A DNA stretch of 64,000 nucleotides from Mustelus asterias (taxonomy: Eukaryota), in NCBI RefSeq assembly GCF_964213995.1, contig NC_135830.1, positions 13,640,001-13,704,000 on the forward strand, written 5' to 3'. The translations under genes were made by a program, and so were the position numbers. Positions 25,136 through 38,455 of this stretch are shown here, piece after piece (within the stretch, counting starts at the first letter, position 1; each line of letters starts with the position of its first letter). The notes under the pieces are model-generated. The model worked only from the letters and a program-made list of their open reading frames with translations. It was not told the DNA's origin and did no database searches.

Positions 25136-27993
25136 GGTAGCGTGGCCGAGCGGTCTAAGGCGCTGGATTAAGAACAAAGAACAAAGAACAACACAGCACA
25201 GGAACAGGCCCTTCGGCCCTCCAAGCCCGCGCCGCTCCCCGGTCCAGGATTGAATCCTGAATCCAGGATCCCCACCCAATTTTCCAGCCTATCTACATAC
25301 CAATATCCTATCCACCGAGCTGTCCCTCACAGCTACGATGCTTTGTTCATTACAACCTATTAACTTACCCCCACCCCCCCATTCCAGACCATGTGATCTC
25401 CAGGGAGAGGCGAAAACCCAGAGTGAAAAACCCCAGGGCCAATATGGGGAAAAAAAAATCTGGGAAATTCCTCTCCGACCCCCTGAGGCGATCGAAACGA
25501 GTCCAGGAGATCACAATGGCCCCGATCGGAAAATGCTTCCCAACCCTAGTCATTTCCACTCCCACGAACACCATATGAATCCCCTGCCCCCGAGACAGGT
25601 TCCCAACTATCCGCAGTCTCACTCTGTACTGGCACCAGCAAGATGATCGTAGAATGAAGCCTTGAAACGAGAAACCAGGAACAATTAGCCCGCGCCGCTC
25701 CCTGGTCCAAACTAGATCACTCTTTTGTATCCCTCCATTCCCACTCCATTCATATAGCTGTCTAGATAAGTCTTAAACGTTCCCAGTGTGTCCGCCTCCA
25801 CCACCTTGCCCGGCAACACATTCCAGGCCCCCACGACCCTCTGTGTGAAATATGTCCTTCTGATATCTGTGTTAAACCTCCCCCCCTTCACCTTGAACCT
25901 ATGACCCCTCGTGAACGTCACCACCGACCCGGGGAAAAGCTTCCCACCGTTCACCCTATCTATGCCTTTCATAATTTTATACACCTCTATTAAGTCTCCC
26001 CTCATCCTCCGTCTTTCCAAGGAGAACAACCCCAGTTTCCCCAATCTCTCCTCATAACCAAGCCCCTCCATACCAGGCAACATCCTGGTAAACCTCCTCT
26101 GTACTCTCTCCAAAGCCTCCACGTCCTTCTGGTAGTGTGGCGACCAGAACTGGACGCAGTATTCCAAATGCGGCCGAACCAACGTTCTATACATCTGCAA
26201 CATCAGACCCCAACTTTTATACTCTATGCCCCGTCCTATAAAGGCAAGCATGCCATATGCCTTCTTCACCACCTTCTCCACCTGTGACGTCACCTTCAAA
26301 GATCTGTGGACTTGCACACCCAGGTCCCTCTGCGTCTCTACACCCTTTATGGTTCTTCCATTTATCGTGTAGCTCCTCCCTACATTATTCCCACCAAAAT
26401 GCATCACTTCGCATTTATCAGGATTGAACTCCATCTGCCATTTCCTTGCCCAAATTTCCAGCCTATCTATATCCTTCTGTAGCCTCTGACAATGTTCCTC
26501 ACTATCTGCAAGTCCTGCCAGTTTTGTGTCGTCCGCAAACTTACTGATCACCCCAGTTACTCCTTCTTCCAGATCATTTATATAAATCACAAACAGCAGA
26601 GGTCCCAATACAGAGCCCTGCGGTACACCACTAGTCACAGGCCTCCAGCCGGAAAAAGACCCTTCCACTACCACCCTCTGTCTTCTATGACCAAGCCAGT
26701 TCTCCACCCATCTAGCCACCTCCCCCTTTATCCCATGGGATCCAACCTTTTTCACTAGCCTACCATGAGGGACTTTGTCAAACGCTTTACTAAAGTCCAT
26801 ATAGACAACATCCACGGCCCTTCCTTCGTCAACCATTTTGGTCACTTCTTCATAAAACACCACCAGGTTCGTGAGGCATGACCTCCCTCTCACAAAACCA
26901 TGTTGACTATCGTTAATGAGTTTATTCCTTTCTAAATGCGCATACATCCTATCTTTAAGAATCTTCTCCAACAACTTCCCCACCACGGACGTCAAGCTCA
27001 CCGGCCTATAATTACTCGGGTTATCCTTCCTACCCTTCTTAAATAACGGGACCACATTGGCTATCCTCCAATCCTCTGGGACCTCACCTGTGTCCAGTGA
27101 CGAGACAAAGATTTGCGTCAGAGGCCCAACTATTTCACCTCTCGTCTCCCTGAGCAGCCTTGGATAGATTCCATCAGGCCCTGGGGATTTGTCAGTCTTT
27201 ATATTCTCTAACAAACCTAACACTTCCTCCTTTGTAATGGAGATTTTCTCCAACGGTTCAACACTCCCCTCCGAGACACTCCCAGTCAACACATCCCTCT
27301 CCTTAGTGAATACCGACGCAAAGTATTCATTTAGGATCTCCCCTACCTCTTTGGGCTCCAAGCATAAGTCCCCACTTTTGTCCCTGAGAGGTCCGATTTT
27401 TTCCCTTACAACCCTTTTGTTCCTAACGTATGAATAAAATGCCTTGGGATTCTCCTTAATCCTGTCTGCCAAGAACATTTCGTGACCCCTTTTTGCTCTT
27501 CTAATTCCCCGTTTGAGTATTTTCCTACTTTCATTATACTCTTCCAGAGCTCCCTCCGTTTTTAGCTGCTTGGACCTAACATACGCCTCTCTTTTCCTTT
27601 TGACCAGTCCCTCAATTTCCCTGGTTATCCACGGTTCTCTAATCCTACCCTTCCTATCCTTCTTTTTTACAGGCACATGCTTGTCCTGTAGCCCTAACAA
27701 CCATTCCTTAAAAGACTGCCACATACCAGATGTGGATTTACCCTCAAACAGCCTCTCCCAATCAAGAGCTGCCAATTTCTGCCTGATCCCAATAAAGTTA
27801 GCCTTCCCCCAATCCAACACCTTACCCTTGGGACACCACTCATCCTTTTCCATCACTATCCTAAAGCTAACAGAATTGTGGTCACTATTTGCCACATGTT
27901 CCCCGACCAAAACTTTGAAGACCTGACCGGGTTCATTCCCCAGCACCAGGTCCAGTCTCTGCGGAGGCGTGGGTTCGAATCCAACCGCTGCCA
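25136..27993 (+). pseudogene. tRNA-Leu(AAG) split by a CR1 LINE (5' half 25136-25172, 3' half 27951-27993)
   Basis: GGTAGCGTGGCCGAGCGGTCTAAGGCGCTGGATTAAG | TCCAGTCTCTGCGGAGGCGTGGGTTCGAATCCAACCGCTGCCA. Confidence 0.95.
25173..27950 (-). mobile_element. Young 5'-truncated CR1 LINE with uninterrupted ORF2 (EN end + RT) and ~540-bp 3' UTR
   Basis: ORF 25712-27950 has no stops and carries QHGF, DFSKAFD, GVPQGSVLGP and FADD motifs; (GTTCTTT)n tail. Confidence 0.97.
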
Positions 27994-29524
27994 AAATACA
28001 TTTGAGTTTTGGTCTAACAGCTCAGATTAAGTGCAGGAGTGCGTGCGGTGTCGTTTTCGTCATGAACAATGAGCAGGGACATTGCCAACTTAAAACGTTG
28101 TTGGGGTAAAGCAGCGTGTGTGCAAGTGGCTCCTTTCGAGAGCGCACACACAGGCTGAATTTCTGACTGCCGAGTTGAACAACCTGATGAAGGAGCAGTT
28201 CTCCTGAAAGTTCGCAATTCCAAATAAGCTTGTTGGACTTTTAACTGGTGAGAATTCTTATTGTACCCACTCCAGTCCAACGCAAGCATCTTTGCATCAT
28301 GATATAAATAACAGGATTACAAACAGTGAGACTGTATTCCCTGCCCAGGAATTAAGGTGATGGACTTGAATTTTCTAACTGAAGTTCAAATCCTATCATG
28401 TACACTTCCCATCATTCCTCGTTCTAACCAGATATTTTCAGAATTAACCTGGCTCTTGTGATAACCACCGAACTACAGAAACACGGTGATGACCTCGGGG
28501 CAAGCAGATCCGGTTTACTGAAGAAACAACTAGACTGGCTCCAGAAGCCCATCTTTTGCCCACAGCAATTGATATTACATTGTCTCTGCTGATTTTTCCT
28601 GTCAAAATGAATAACGATACTTCCTACTGCATTAAAGTTTCGTAATAACATGTTCGAGAAAAAGTATTCATGACGTGTAAAGCAAATCAACTGAACACCT
28701 GAAATTTGCGGCATTTGATCACTTTCCCCCACAAATGCTGCTGCCTCGAATTCAATGCCTCAGAACACTCATCAACGCTTTTAACAGAGGTTATCCCTAT
28801 CAGATCTGGTGCTGCAGGGAACGTAATTAGTGGAGTAGGATTGGCTCACATGTCCCATGGAGTCTCCTCCGGAATTTAAGGAGATCATGACGAATCCCAG
28901 GAATCAACATCAATTTCCAAACGTATCCTGATGGCCCTTCATTCCCTTAGATTCCAAAAATATCTCCCCCTGAAACTTCAATATTCTCATTAAAAGAGGA
29001 TCTACAGACCTCTGGCGAAGGGTCACCCAGACTCGAATCGTTGACTCTATTCTCTCTCCGTAGATGCTGCCAGACCTGCTGAGATGTTCCAGCATTGTCT
29101 GTTTTTGTTTCAGATTCCAGCATCCGCAGTATTTTGCTTTTACCGCCACCATTTACATTCCCTTTGATTTATTTTCCATCACAACTTTGTCAACTCTTCC
29201 CCACGGCTCCCACCCTCACACAACATATCCCACACTTAAAGTATCAATCTTGTCCTCTTTTCCTGTCTTCGGCTTTGATGACTGACCATACAGATTTGAA
29301 ATGTTGGCTCTATTCTCTCTCCAGAGATGCCGTCATGCCTGTTGAGATTTTCGAGCATTTTAAGTTTTTCTTTTAAGTTCCAGAATCTGCAGTAATTGGC
29401 TGTTGACTGAAGGAGTCATTCGTGTTCAATCTAAACATGAGGTTGTTTTTTCCCGACAAACCTTTCTCGAGTATTTGAAAAACGCTGCAATGTATTGGTC
29501 AGATTAAAATGCTAATTTGTATCT

Positions 29525-29596
29525 TCCCTGGTGGTCTAGTGGTTAGGATTTGGCGCTTTCACCGCCGCGGCCCGGGTTCGATTCCCGGTCAGGGAA
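29525..29596 (+). tRNA. tRNA-Glu(TTC), apparently intact
   Basis: 72-nt canonical sequence with one U-G pair in the anticodon stem; TTTT terminator at 29603. Confidence 0.93.
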
Positions 29597-30603
29597 TGTA
29601 GATTTTATAGCTGCCGACCAGCACATGATTTAGGAGGGGCTGAAATTACTTCCCGATCGATAACAGGAATGATCATTGTGCCAGTTTGAGCTCCCTGGAG
29701 AAACAAAATAATCCCATTTGCACAATCCCGTCAATTGTCTCCGGCAATTTTTCATTACATTCCCCTTGCTGCTTCCTCCTGTCAAAATGAATAATAACGC
29801 ATTCTGCTCCACTAAATTTCACTGTAGCTCACCACATTCACAGATCATTCGTAACCTCTGCGTCTTCTGTAGCTTCTTGTGGTAAATCTGCTGAACAACA
29901 TCAGAGATTTGTATCTCATTGATCATCATTACTGTCTCCATTGCTTCATTCCAGGTCACGGTCGCTACAGACATAGTCACACAGTCATTCTACCTTCTGC
30001 AGCAAATGATATACTCTTCCTTTGCTATCAGATACTTTCACCTCCAGAAACTGATTACATGATAAGTAAAATGTTCTGTTTCGTTGACAGTTTATCATCA
30101 ATCCCGGGCCTTGGAGGTGAATGGATTGACTCTGAACGACTTGACCACCTGGCCTCCAGCATCACCAGCTAAATGTTGCCTTATCCATCACTCCTTGTTT
30201 CATTGAATCATCCTCCCTAGCTTTATATCACCGAACATCCGTTTTGTTCTTTTCTCAGGTTGATTCATGGCGTTACCATCAGAAAATGTTGGAAATACTC
30301 GGCAGGTCAGTTAATGTTTCGTGGCAAATGCGTGATTATTTCTGAAAGTTGAATTACCCTGAAATTGAAAACATTTGGAAATTTTTCAGTAAAGGTGAAA
30401 TACTGCTCATGCTGGAACCTGAAACACAAAAAAAAGTACTTGAAAATCTCAGCAGGTCTGGCAGCATCTGTGAAGAGAGAACAGAGCCAATGTGTCGAAT
30501 CAGGAAATCTGATGAAGGGTCATCCAGATTTGAAACGTTTGTTTCCTCACAGATTTTTGTCAATCCTGCTGAGATTTTCCACCATTTTCTATTCCTGTTT
30601 AAT

Positions 30604-30676
30604 AAGTTTCTGCTCAGGATTGAACCAGAAATTTGCATGTGTACGGCGCCCGTGATAAGTACCACACTGCAGAAAG
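30604..30676 (-). pseudogene. tRNA-Val pseudogene
   Basis: Degenerate match; paralog at 57643-57715. Confidence 0.6.
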
Positions 30677-30829
30677 GCTGCGATGCAATGATGTAAGGAA
30701 ACTGGCTCCACAAACACGTCAATTACCTACAGCAATTTATATTTGCATTGTGTCTGCTGGTACCTCCTGTTAAAATGTTTAACGATACAATCTACTGCGT
30801 AGAATTCGTGTGATAACATGCACGACCTA

Positions 30830-31187
30830 CCGTGCATTAAATTGATCGTTCTCTACACCCAAACTATGACTGTAACAGTACATTCTGCACTCTCTCGTTT
30901 CCTTCTCGATGAATGATATGCTTTGGCTGTGTAGCGCGCAAGAAAAATACTTTCCGCTGAATGCATGTGACAATAATAAATCAAATCAAAGTTACTCCAT
31001 GAAGTTAATTAATTGAACATAATACCTTGCATTAAATTGATCTTTCTCTACACCCAAGCTATGACTGTAACAATACGTTCAGCACTCTCTTGTTTCCTTC
31101 TCGATGAATGATATGCTTTGGCTGTGTAGCGCGAAAAAAAAAATGCTTTCCACTGTATGCTAATGCATGTGACAATAATAAATCAAA
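30830..31187 (+). mobile_element. Two tandem 3'-tail fragments of the Rex1-type LINE
   Basis: Match 14445-14620; each ends in CAATAATAAATCAAA. Confidence 0.8.
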
Positions 31188-31999
31188 GTTACTCTATGAA
31201 GTTAATTAATTGAACATTTAGCAGTGAAGGGCTTCGATCACGCACCGTAACCAACGCTACTACCTTGAATTCAGGACCTGAGACTTCAATGCTGTCAGCA
31301 GAATCCATTGGTACTGGATCTGATATTGACAGTGAACAGAACCAATGAAAGAAAACTGGATTACATGTCCCATTGAGCCTCCTCCACGACAGAAACAAGG
31401 CAGATCCGCAACCTCAACCCCAATTTCCCAGCTTATCCCAATAGGTCTTCATTCCCTTAGATTCCAAAATCACTCGAACTCAAACTTCAATATCCTCAGC
31501 GACTGAGGATCCACGCACCTCTGGGCAGCTGCAGAATACTAAAGATACACAAGCGTTTGGGAGAAGAAATGTCTCCTTACATCAGTCATAAATGGCTGGC
31601 ACCTGACCCAGAGAATGTAGGTCCAGAGTGCCTGACCGAGACACTTGTCGCCATCCTTACCCACTTACCCTCACACATTTACCATGGCTCATCCATCTGA
31701 CCGACATCAGCTGCACCGTGAGTGAGAGAGTGAAAGCAGAAATATGACTGTGGCGATTTTACTGAGCGCATTTTCTTTTTTGGAAAAAAACATATTTTGT
31801 TGGATCCATATTCAGTTCATATTCAACAACGAAATACAATCTGGGAACTTTCAAGCAGTAAATTTCGATCGTGTTCGACCCTGTTTCGCATCGGAGAGCC
31901 TATCCTATCTGATAAGCCTCACACTATAGAAACTCTGCTCATGACCAATGTGACCGGCCTAGGATATCAAACCGTGCAGTCTGATTGCAATTTAGAACC

Positions 32000-33260
32000 T
32001 TGCGTGGGTCCTTAATTATGCTGGCTGCTTTGCCGAGGCAGCGGGAAGAGCCAATGGATGGGAGGCAAGTTTGCGTGATGATCTGAGCTACGTTCACGAC
32101 CCTTTGTAGTTCCTTGCGGTCCAGGGCAGAGCAGGAGCCATACCAAGATGTGATACAACCAGAAAGAATGCTTTCTATGGTGCATCTGCAAACGTAGGTG
32201 AGAGTCGTAGCTGACATGCCAAATTTCCTTAGTCTTCTGAGAAAGTAGAGGCGTTGGTTGGCTTTCTTAACTATAGTGTCAGCATGGGGCGACCAGGACA
32301 GGTTGTTAGTGATCTGGAGACCTAAAAACCTGAAGCTCTCGACCCTTTCTACTTCGTCTCCGTTGATGTAGACAGGGGCAATTTCTCCTCTACGCTTCCT
32401 GAGGTCGATGACAATCTCATTCGTTTTGTTGACATTGAGGGAGAGATTATTGTCGCCGCGCCAATTTCATCAGATTCTCTATCTCATTCTTGTACTCTGT
32501 CTCGTCATTGTTTGAGATCAGACCCCCTACGGTGGTGTCGCCAGCAAACTGGAAAATCGAATTGGAGGGGAATTTGGCCACACAGTCATGGATATATCAG
32601 GAGTGTAGTAGGGGGCTGAGAACACAGCCTTGTGGGGCACCGGTGTTGAGGATGACCGTGGAGGAGGTGCTGTTGCCTTTCCTTACTGATTGTGTCCTGT
32701 GGGTTAGGAAGTTGAGGATCCAGTCGCAGAGGAAGGAGCCGAGGTCCAGGCCATGGAGTTTGGAGGTGAGTTTCGTCGGAATAAGGCTGAGCTGTCGTCA
32801 ATAAATAGAAGTCTGACATAGGCGTCTTTGTTATCTAGGTATGCCAGAGTTGAGTGCAGGGCCAGGGAGATGGTGCCTGCTGTGGACCTGTTGCGGCGGT
32901 AGACGAACTGTAGTGGATCCAGGCAGTCCTGGAGGCTGGAATTGATTCGTGCTATGACTAGCCTTTCGAAGCACTTCATAATGATGGAAGTCAGAGCCAC
33001 CAGACGGTATTGATTAAGGCACGCTGCTTGGATTTTCTTTGGTACTGGGATGATGGTTGTCTTCTTGAAACAGAAGTAAAGAGAGGTTGAAGATGTCTGC
33101 GAATACCCCCGCCAGCTGATCCACGCAGGATCTGAGTTCACGTCCGGGTACCCCATCCGGGACAGTCGCCCGTTGGGTTGAACTTCGAGAAAGCTGGTCC
33201 GACATCTGCAATGATGACCTCAGATACAGTTTCATCCAAGGCTCCCAGGGTGGAGGGAAC
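32000..33260 (-). mobile_element. Rex1/Babar-type LINE RT fragment
   Basis: [18 protein letters not shown] and CTIESILSGCIT motifs. Confidence 0.88.
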
Positions 33261-33965
33261 GCATCGTTTCTGTCATGTAGTGATTACACATTCACCTAAT
33301 CAAAGGTTCCCTGTTGGAAAGCGGGCGGAAGTATATTTTTAACCTCAGAGTGAGGAAACGTGCAATAATTCACGTTTATTGTTCAATATTAACTGAATAC
33401 TGTATCTTATACTGTGTTACACTTCCCCTTCCCCTTCACAGTTCTGTATTCAAACCCGACAGAACATTTTTCGCAGACTCTCCTTTCCAATCTGAATGTT
33501 CAGAAAGCTTCCCTCAAACCTCCACAGTCCGGCTGATTGCTGTTGATTTGTTTGTGATTATTAAAGGCTCCTGCAGCACCACTTCGGTGAATAACAGTCA
33601 CGCGAAGCCACGTTTCAGACGGGGAAACAAACCCAACAATGATTCTCTATTCTCCGGCTCCACATTGAGTGAGACAGGGACAAGCAGCAGGATTTTAACC
33701 CGCAGTCTCCAATCACCCGCTGACAGCAGAAAGGCGCGACTGCAGATGCACCTGTACGTTGTTTTAAACTCAGAGTGAGAATTTATTGTTGAAAATTAAC
33801 TCAACAGAGTATTTTACACTGCATGTTACATTTCCCCATCCATCTGTACACACACAAATGCAATATTTTTCACTGACTCCCGTTTCCAGCTCTGACGGTT
33901 CAGAAAGCTTCTCTCAAACCTGCACATTCCGGCTCTTCCTTTCGTTCGTTGAACAGAAGCACCGC

Positions 33966-34240
33966 TGATCAGCATTTATTGCCCATCCCCAGATGAGGGG
34001 CAACCACTTTGCTGTGGCTCTGGAGTCATGTGTTGGCCAGACCATCTCACAACAGCAGATTTCCTTCCACGACGGACATTAGTGAATCATGATTTTTTAG
34101 CAACAATGGATGTTGTTTCATGGTCATCAGTGGATTTTTATTCCAATCTTATTTATTGTATTCAAACTCCACCAGCTGTCCTGGCGGTCACCAGAATATT
34201 AGCTGGTCGAGGGATCACACCACTGGACGATCGTCTCACC
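33966..34240 (-). mobile_element. tRNA-derived SINE (SacSINE-like), related to 55772-56120
   Basis: Shared body and GGGCAATAAATGCTG tail. Confidence 0.6.
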
Positions 34241-34249
34241 TAAAACAAC

Positions 34250-34344
34250 TGCTCCAGGTGAGGCTCGAACTCACAACCTCGGCATAGCCCGCTGGCTGCA
34301 CTGCTGTATAAGTACCGCGCGCTAACCGATTGCGCCACTGGAGC
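34250..34344 (-). tRNA. tRNA-Ile(TAT) with a 21-nt intron (34286-34306), intact
   Basis: Canonical exons GCTCCAGTGGCGCAATCGGTTAGCGCGCGGTACTTATA / ATGCCGAGGTTGTGAGTTCGAGCCTCACCTGGAGCA; TTTT terminator. Confidence 0.96.
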
Positions 34345-35052
34345 ACTGCGTTCTGCTCATTTGTGACAGATTATTAAAGGCTGCAGCAGCGTTACCTCCG
34401 TTAATAACAGTTATTCGAGGCCACATTTCAGACAGGGAAACAAATCCATCGCTGATTTTTTCCCCCCGGCTCCACAGTGAGTGAGACAGGGAGAAGCAGC
34501 AGGATTATATCCCGCAGTCTCCAATCGCCAGCAGAAAGCGGCGATTGCAGCTTCAATCAGCGGGTTCCTGCCCATTCCTGGGACACAAGATCCAATTCCG
34601 TTCAAACCTCCCCATAGACAGAACACAAGCTCAGCAAAACGCAGATAGATCATGTCCGGCTCACTGAACCTTCGAGTAGCATTTACACAACACCTGAGTG
34701 ATTCACAAACAAAATTCACACCAACTTTCCAAAACCTTTCAGTGATAAATTCCTCCATTTGGTTGAAAAACTGAGTGTTGTGAATCTGGAAATGAGCACC
34801 ATGGGATTTGTATTACCCAGTGACTTGTTTCCCATGGTTCGCCTTCAGGTTTGCAATTCCATTTGTGTTGTATATTGAAGCGAATCTTAGATCAAAATTA
34901 GGAGAAAACAAGGGAAATATTAAATCTTGGATCAAATCGTGAGGGAAATGGATCACAATATTTGGAAGGAGGTGCAGCTGTGAATGGTGTTATTGATGAT
35001 TGAGTGGAAAGTATTGGATCGTTGGGCTACTGGTGGTCAGTTGCCTGTCACA

Positions 35053-35126
35053 GTTTATGTGGCGCAATTGATCAGCGCGTTCGGCTGTTAACTGAAAGGC
35101 GGGTTGTCCGAGACCACCCAGGGACG
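35053..35126 (+). pseudogene. tRNA-Asn(GTT) pseudogene
   Basis: Full length with mutated A and B boxes. Confidence 0.85.
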
Positions 35127-36169
35127 GCGGTTTTACTATTTTCTCACCATCAGCATTCATAGGTGAACAGTTGCGGGTTGGCAATGTGTCCGTGGGCGTC
35201 AATAAAAAATAACTCTCAATTATTATCGGCTGTACTGTTATCTGGTGTTACCAACATTATTTAATGATGATTGACTTCAAACATATTGCATGTACATGCT
35301 TCCATTGTACCATTAAATTTAACAATTCCAATCGAAACATGAATTTGTGGCTGAGCATTTATTCCAATTCCATATCCCTGCTTCCGTTCATTCCTGGATA
35401 GGTCATACATCTGTCGAAGCCAGACTGAAATGTGTTCAATGATGGAGCATCTACAGCCCTCTGGCACAGAGAATTCCCAAAATTCACTACACTTTGAGTG
35501 AAGAAATTTCTCCTCATCTCAGTCCTAAATCATCAGCGCCTTATCCTGAGATTGTGCTCCGTGCTTTAGATTCCCGGACTAGGGAAAATAATGTCTCAGC
35601 ATCCACCCTATCAAACCCATAGAATCATATAATCCCTGCAGTTTTTCAATGCTATCTGTTCTTTCTCGTTAAAGCTGTTGAGATTTTCCAGCATTTTCTG
35701 CTTGTGATTCAGGTTTCAGCATCCTCAGTATTTTGCTTTTATTCTGTCTAAAATGCGGAGATCCAAACTGCACACACTATTACAGATGTGGTCTCAACAA
35801 AACGGTGAGTAACTGTGGCAAGACTTCAAACACTTCAAAACTTAACTCCGTGGTCAAGGCTAGAAGGAAAGTGTGACAGTGGATAATTCGCATTGTGTAC
35901 ATTCCTGCAATCAGTAAGTGGGTCAGGATGATGAGATATCTTTGTCTCTTTCCACTGTCATCTCTAAACTCCATCTCCTCTCAATGCCGTGTGTCATACA
36001 TTCGCTTTCCCTACTTTCCAGGTAAATCTCGGGTTCACCAATTGTCTGTTTTTGTATCAAGCAGCGAATTGGCCCTGGGAGCTTGACAGCCAGAAGGAGC
36101 TGGAAGAAAGGCAGCGACAGAAACAGAAAGAGAAGCGACATGATAGAGTTTCGTAAATGATTTGTGTCA

Positions 36170-36510
36170 GGGCGGCACGGTAGCACAGTGGTTAGCACTG
36201 CTGCTTCACAGCTCCAGGGACCTGGGTTCGATTCCCGGCTTGGGTCACTGCCTGTGTGGAGTTTGCACATTCTCCTCGTGTCTGCGTGGGTTTCCTCCGG
36301 GTGCTCCGGTTTCCTCCCACAGTCCAAAGATGTGCGGGTTAGGGTGGATTGGCCATGCTAAAATTGCCCTTAGTGTCCTGGGATGCGTAGGTTAGAGGGA
36401 TTAATGGGTAAATATGTGGGGGTAGGGCCTGGGTGGGATTGTGGTCGGTGCAGACTCGATGGGCCGAATGGCCTCGTTCTGTGCTGTAGGGTTTCTAAGA
36501 AGATTCTAAG
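36170..36510 (+). mobile_element. Full-length HE1-type SINE
   Basis: tRNA-like head with A/B boxes, central core, and a CR1-like 3' tail. Confidence 0.9.
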
Positions 36511-36604
36511 TTGCTCTCCGTGGTGAATACCTGCCGTGTGTTATCTTGTAAGTTTCACAAAAGCCACAGTAATGACTTTGGTGGGTTTTGGAAATTGAAA
36601 TGGA

Positions 36605-38455
36605 AGATAGCAGCAGGAGGAGGCCATTTGGCCCGTCCAGCCTGCTCCACCATTCAATAAGATCATGGCTGATCTTTACGTGGACTCAGCTCCACTTACC
36701 CACCCGCTCAACATCATCCTTAATTCCTTTACTGTTCAAAAATCTATCTCCCTTTGCCTTAAAGACATTCAATGAGGTAACCTCAACTGCTTCACTGGGC
36801 AGGGATTTCCACAGATTCACAACCCTATTGGTGAAGAAGTTCCTCCTCAACTTAGTCCTAAATCTGCTGCCCCTTATTTTGAGGCTAAGTGCCCTAGTAG
36901 GATGGGGTAGGGCAGTGGGTCTTGTCTACGTGGACTTCAGTAAGGCCTTTGACAAGGTCCCTCATGGCAGACTGGTGCAGAAGGTGAAGTCGCATGGGAT
37001 CAGAGATGAGCTGGCAATTTGGATACAGAACTGGCTCGGTCATAGAAAGCAGAGGGTAGCAGTAGAAGAGTGTGTTTCTGAATGGAGGGCTGTGACAAGT
37101 GGCGTTCCTCAGGGATCAGTGCTGGGACCTTTGTTGTTTGCAATAAATATAAATGATTTGGAGGAAAATGTAACTGGTTTAATTAGTAAGTTTGCAGACG
37201 ACACAAAGGTTGGTGGATTTGCAGATAGTGATGAGTACGATCAGAGGATACAGCAGGATATAGATTGGTTGGAGACTTGGGCAGAGAGATGGTAGATGGA
37301 GTTTAATCCGGACAAATGTGAAGTAATACATTTTGGAAGATCGAACACAGATAGGAAATGTACAGCAAATGGCAGATCCCTAAAGAGTATTGACAGGCAG
37401 AGGGATCTGGGTGTACAGGTACACAGGTCATTGAAAGTGGCAACGCAGATGGAGAAGGTAGTCAAGAAGGTACACGGCATGCTTGCCTTCATCAGCTTGA
37501 GTTTTAAAATTGGCAAGTCATGTTGCAGCTTTATACAATCTTAGTTAGGCCACACTTGGAATATAGTGTTCAATTCTGGTCGCCACACTACCAAAAGCAT
37601 GTGGAGGCTTTGGAGAGGGCACAGAAAAGATTTACCAGGATGTTGCCTGGTCTGGAGGGCATTAGCTGTGAGGAGAGGTTGGAGAAACTTGGTTTGTTCT
37701 CACTGGAACAACAGAGGTTGAGGGGCGACCTGATGGAAGTCTACAAGATTATGGACAGAGTGGATAGTTTGAAGCTTTTTCCCAGGGCGGAAGAGTCAAT
37801 TACTTGGGGGCTTTGGTTTATGGTGCGAGGGGCGAGGTTTAAAGGAGATGTACGAGGCAAGTTTCTTACACAGAGGGTGGTGGGTGCCTGGAACACGCTG
37901 CCGGGAGAGGTAGTGGAAGCTGATACGATAGTGACATTTAAGGGGCATCTTGACAAATACATGAATAAGATGGGAATAAAGGGATATGGTGCCCGGAAGG
38001 GAAAGGGTTTTAGTTCAGTCGGGCAGCATGGTCGGTGCAGGCTTGGAGGGCCAAGGGCCTGTTCCTGTGCTGTAATTTTCCTTGTTCTTTGTTCTTAGTT
38101 CTGGTTTTACCCGCCAGTGAAAACAACATCCCTGCTTCTATCGTATCTATTCCCTTCATAATCTTATATGTTTCTGTAAGATCCCCCTCATTTTTCTAAA
38201 TGACGATGAGTATAGTCCCAGTCTACTTTTTAAGGCAACCCACCTTTACCACCCTCCCAGGCAGCACATACCGTCACCACCCTCTGGGTAAGGACGTTTT
38301 TCTTCAGATCCCCCCATAACCTCATGCCCCTCACCTTGAACCTCTGTCCCCTCATGACTGACCCTTCAACGAAGGGGAAGAACTGCTCCTTATCCACTCT
38401 ATCCATGTCCCTCATAATCTTGAACACCTCAATCAGGTCGCCCCTCAGTCTTCGG
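36605..38455. mobile_element. Plus-strand CR1 (36900-38097) nested in an older minus-strand CR1 3' fragment, followed by another minus fragment
   Basis: RT motifs in the ORF track; the host element resumes at TAGTTCTGG after the tail. Confidence 0.88.

Noticed and set aside
25173-27950. CR1 acting as a giant tRNA intron
   Set aside because: Internal T-runs would stop Pol III, nucleotides 37-38 are not preserved, and the junction is not at 37/38.
27951-27994. N-terminus MAAVGFEPTPPQR of the 760-aa ORF as a real fusion protein
   Set aside because: It is the antisense of the tRNA-Leu 3' half with a TTG 'start'; the LINE is 5'-truncated.
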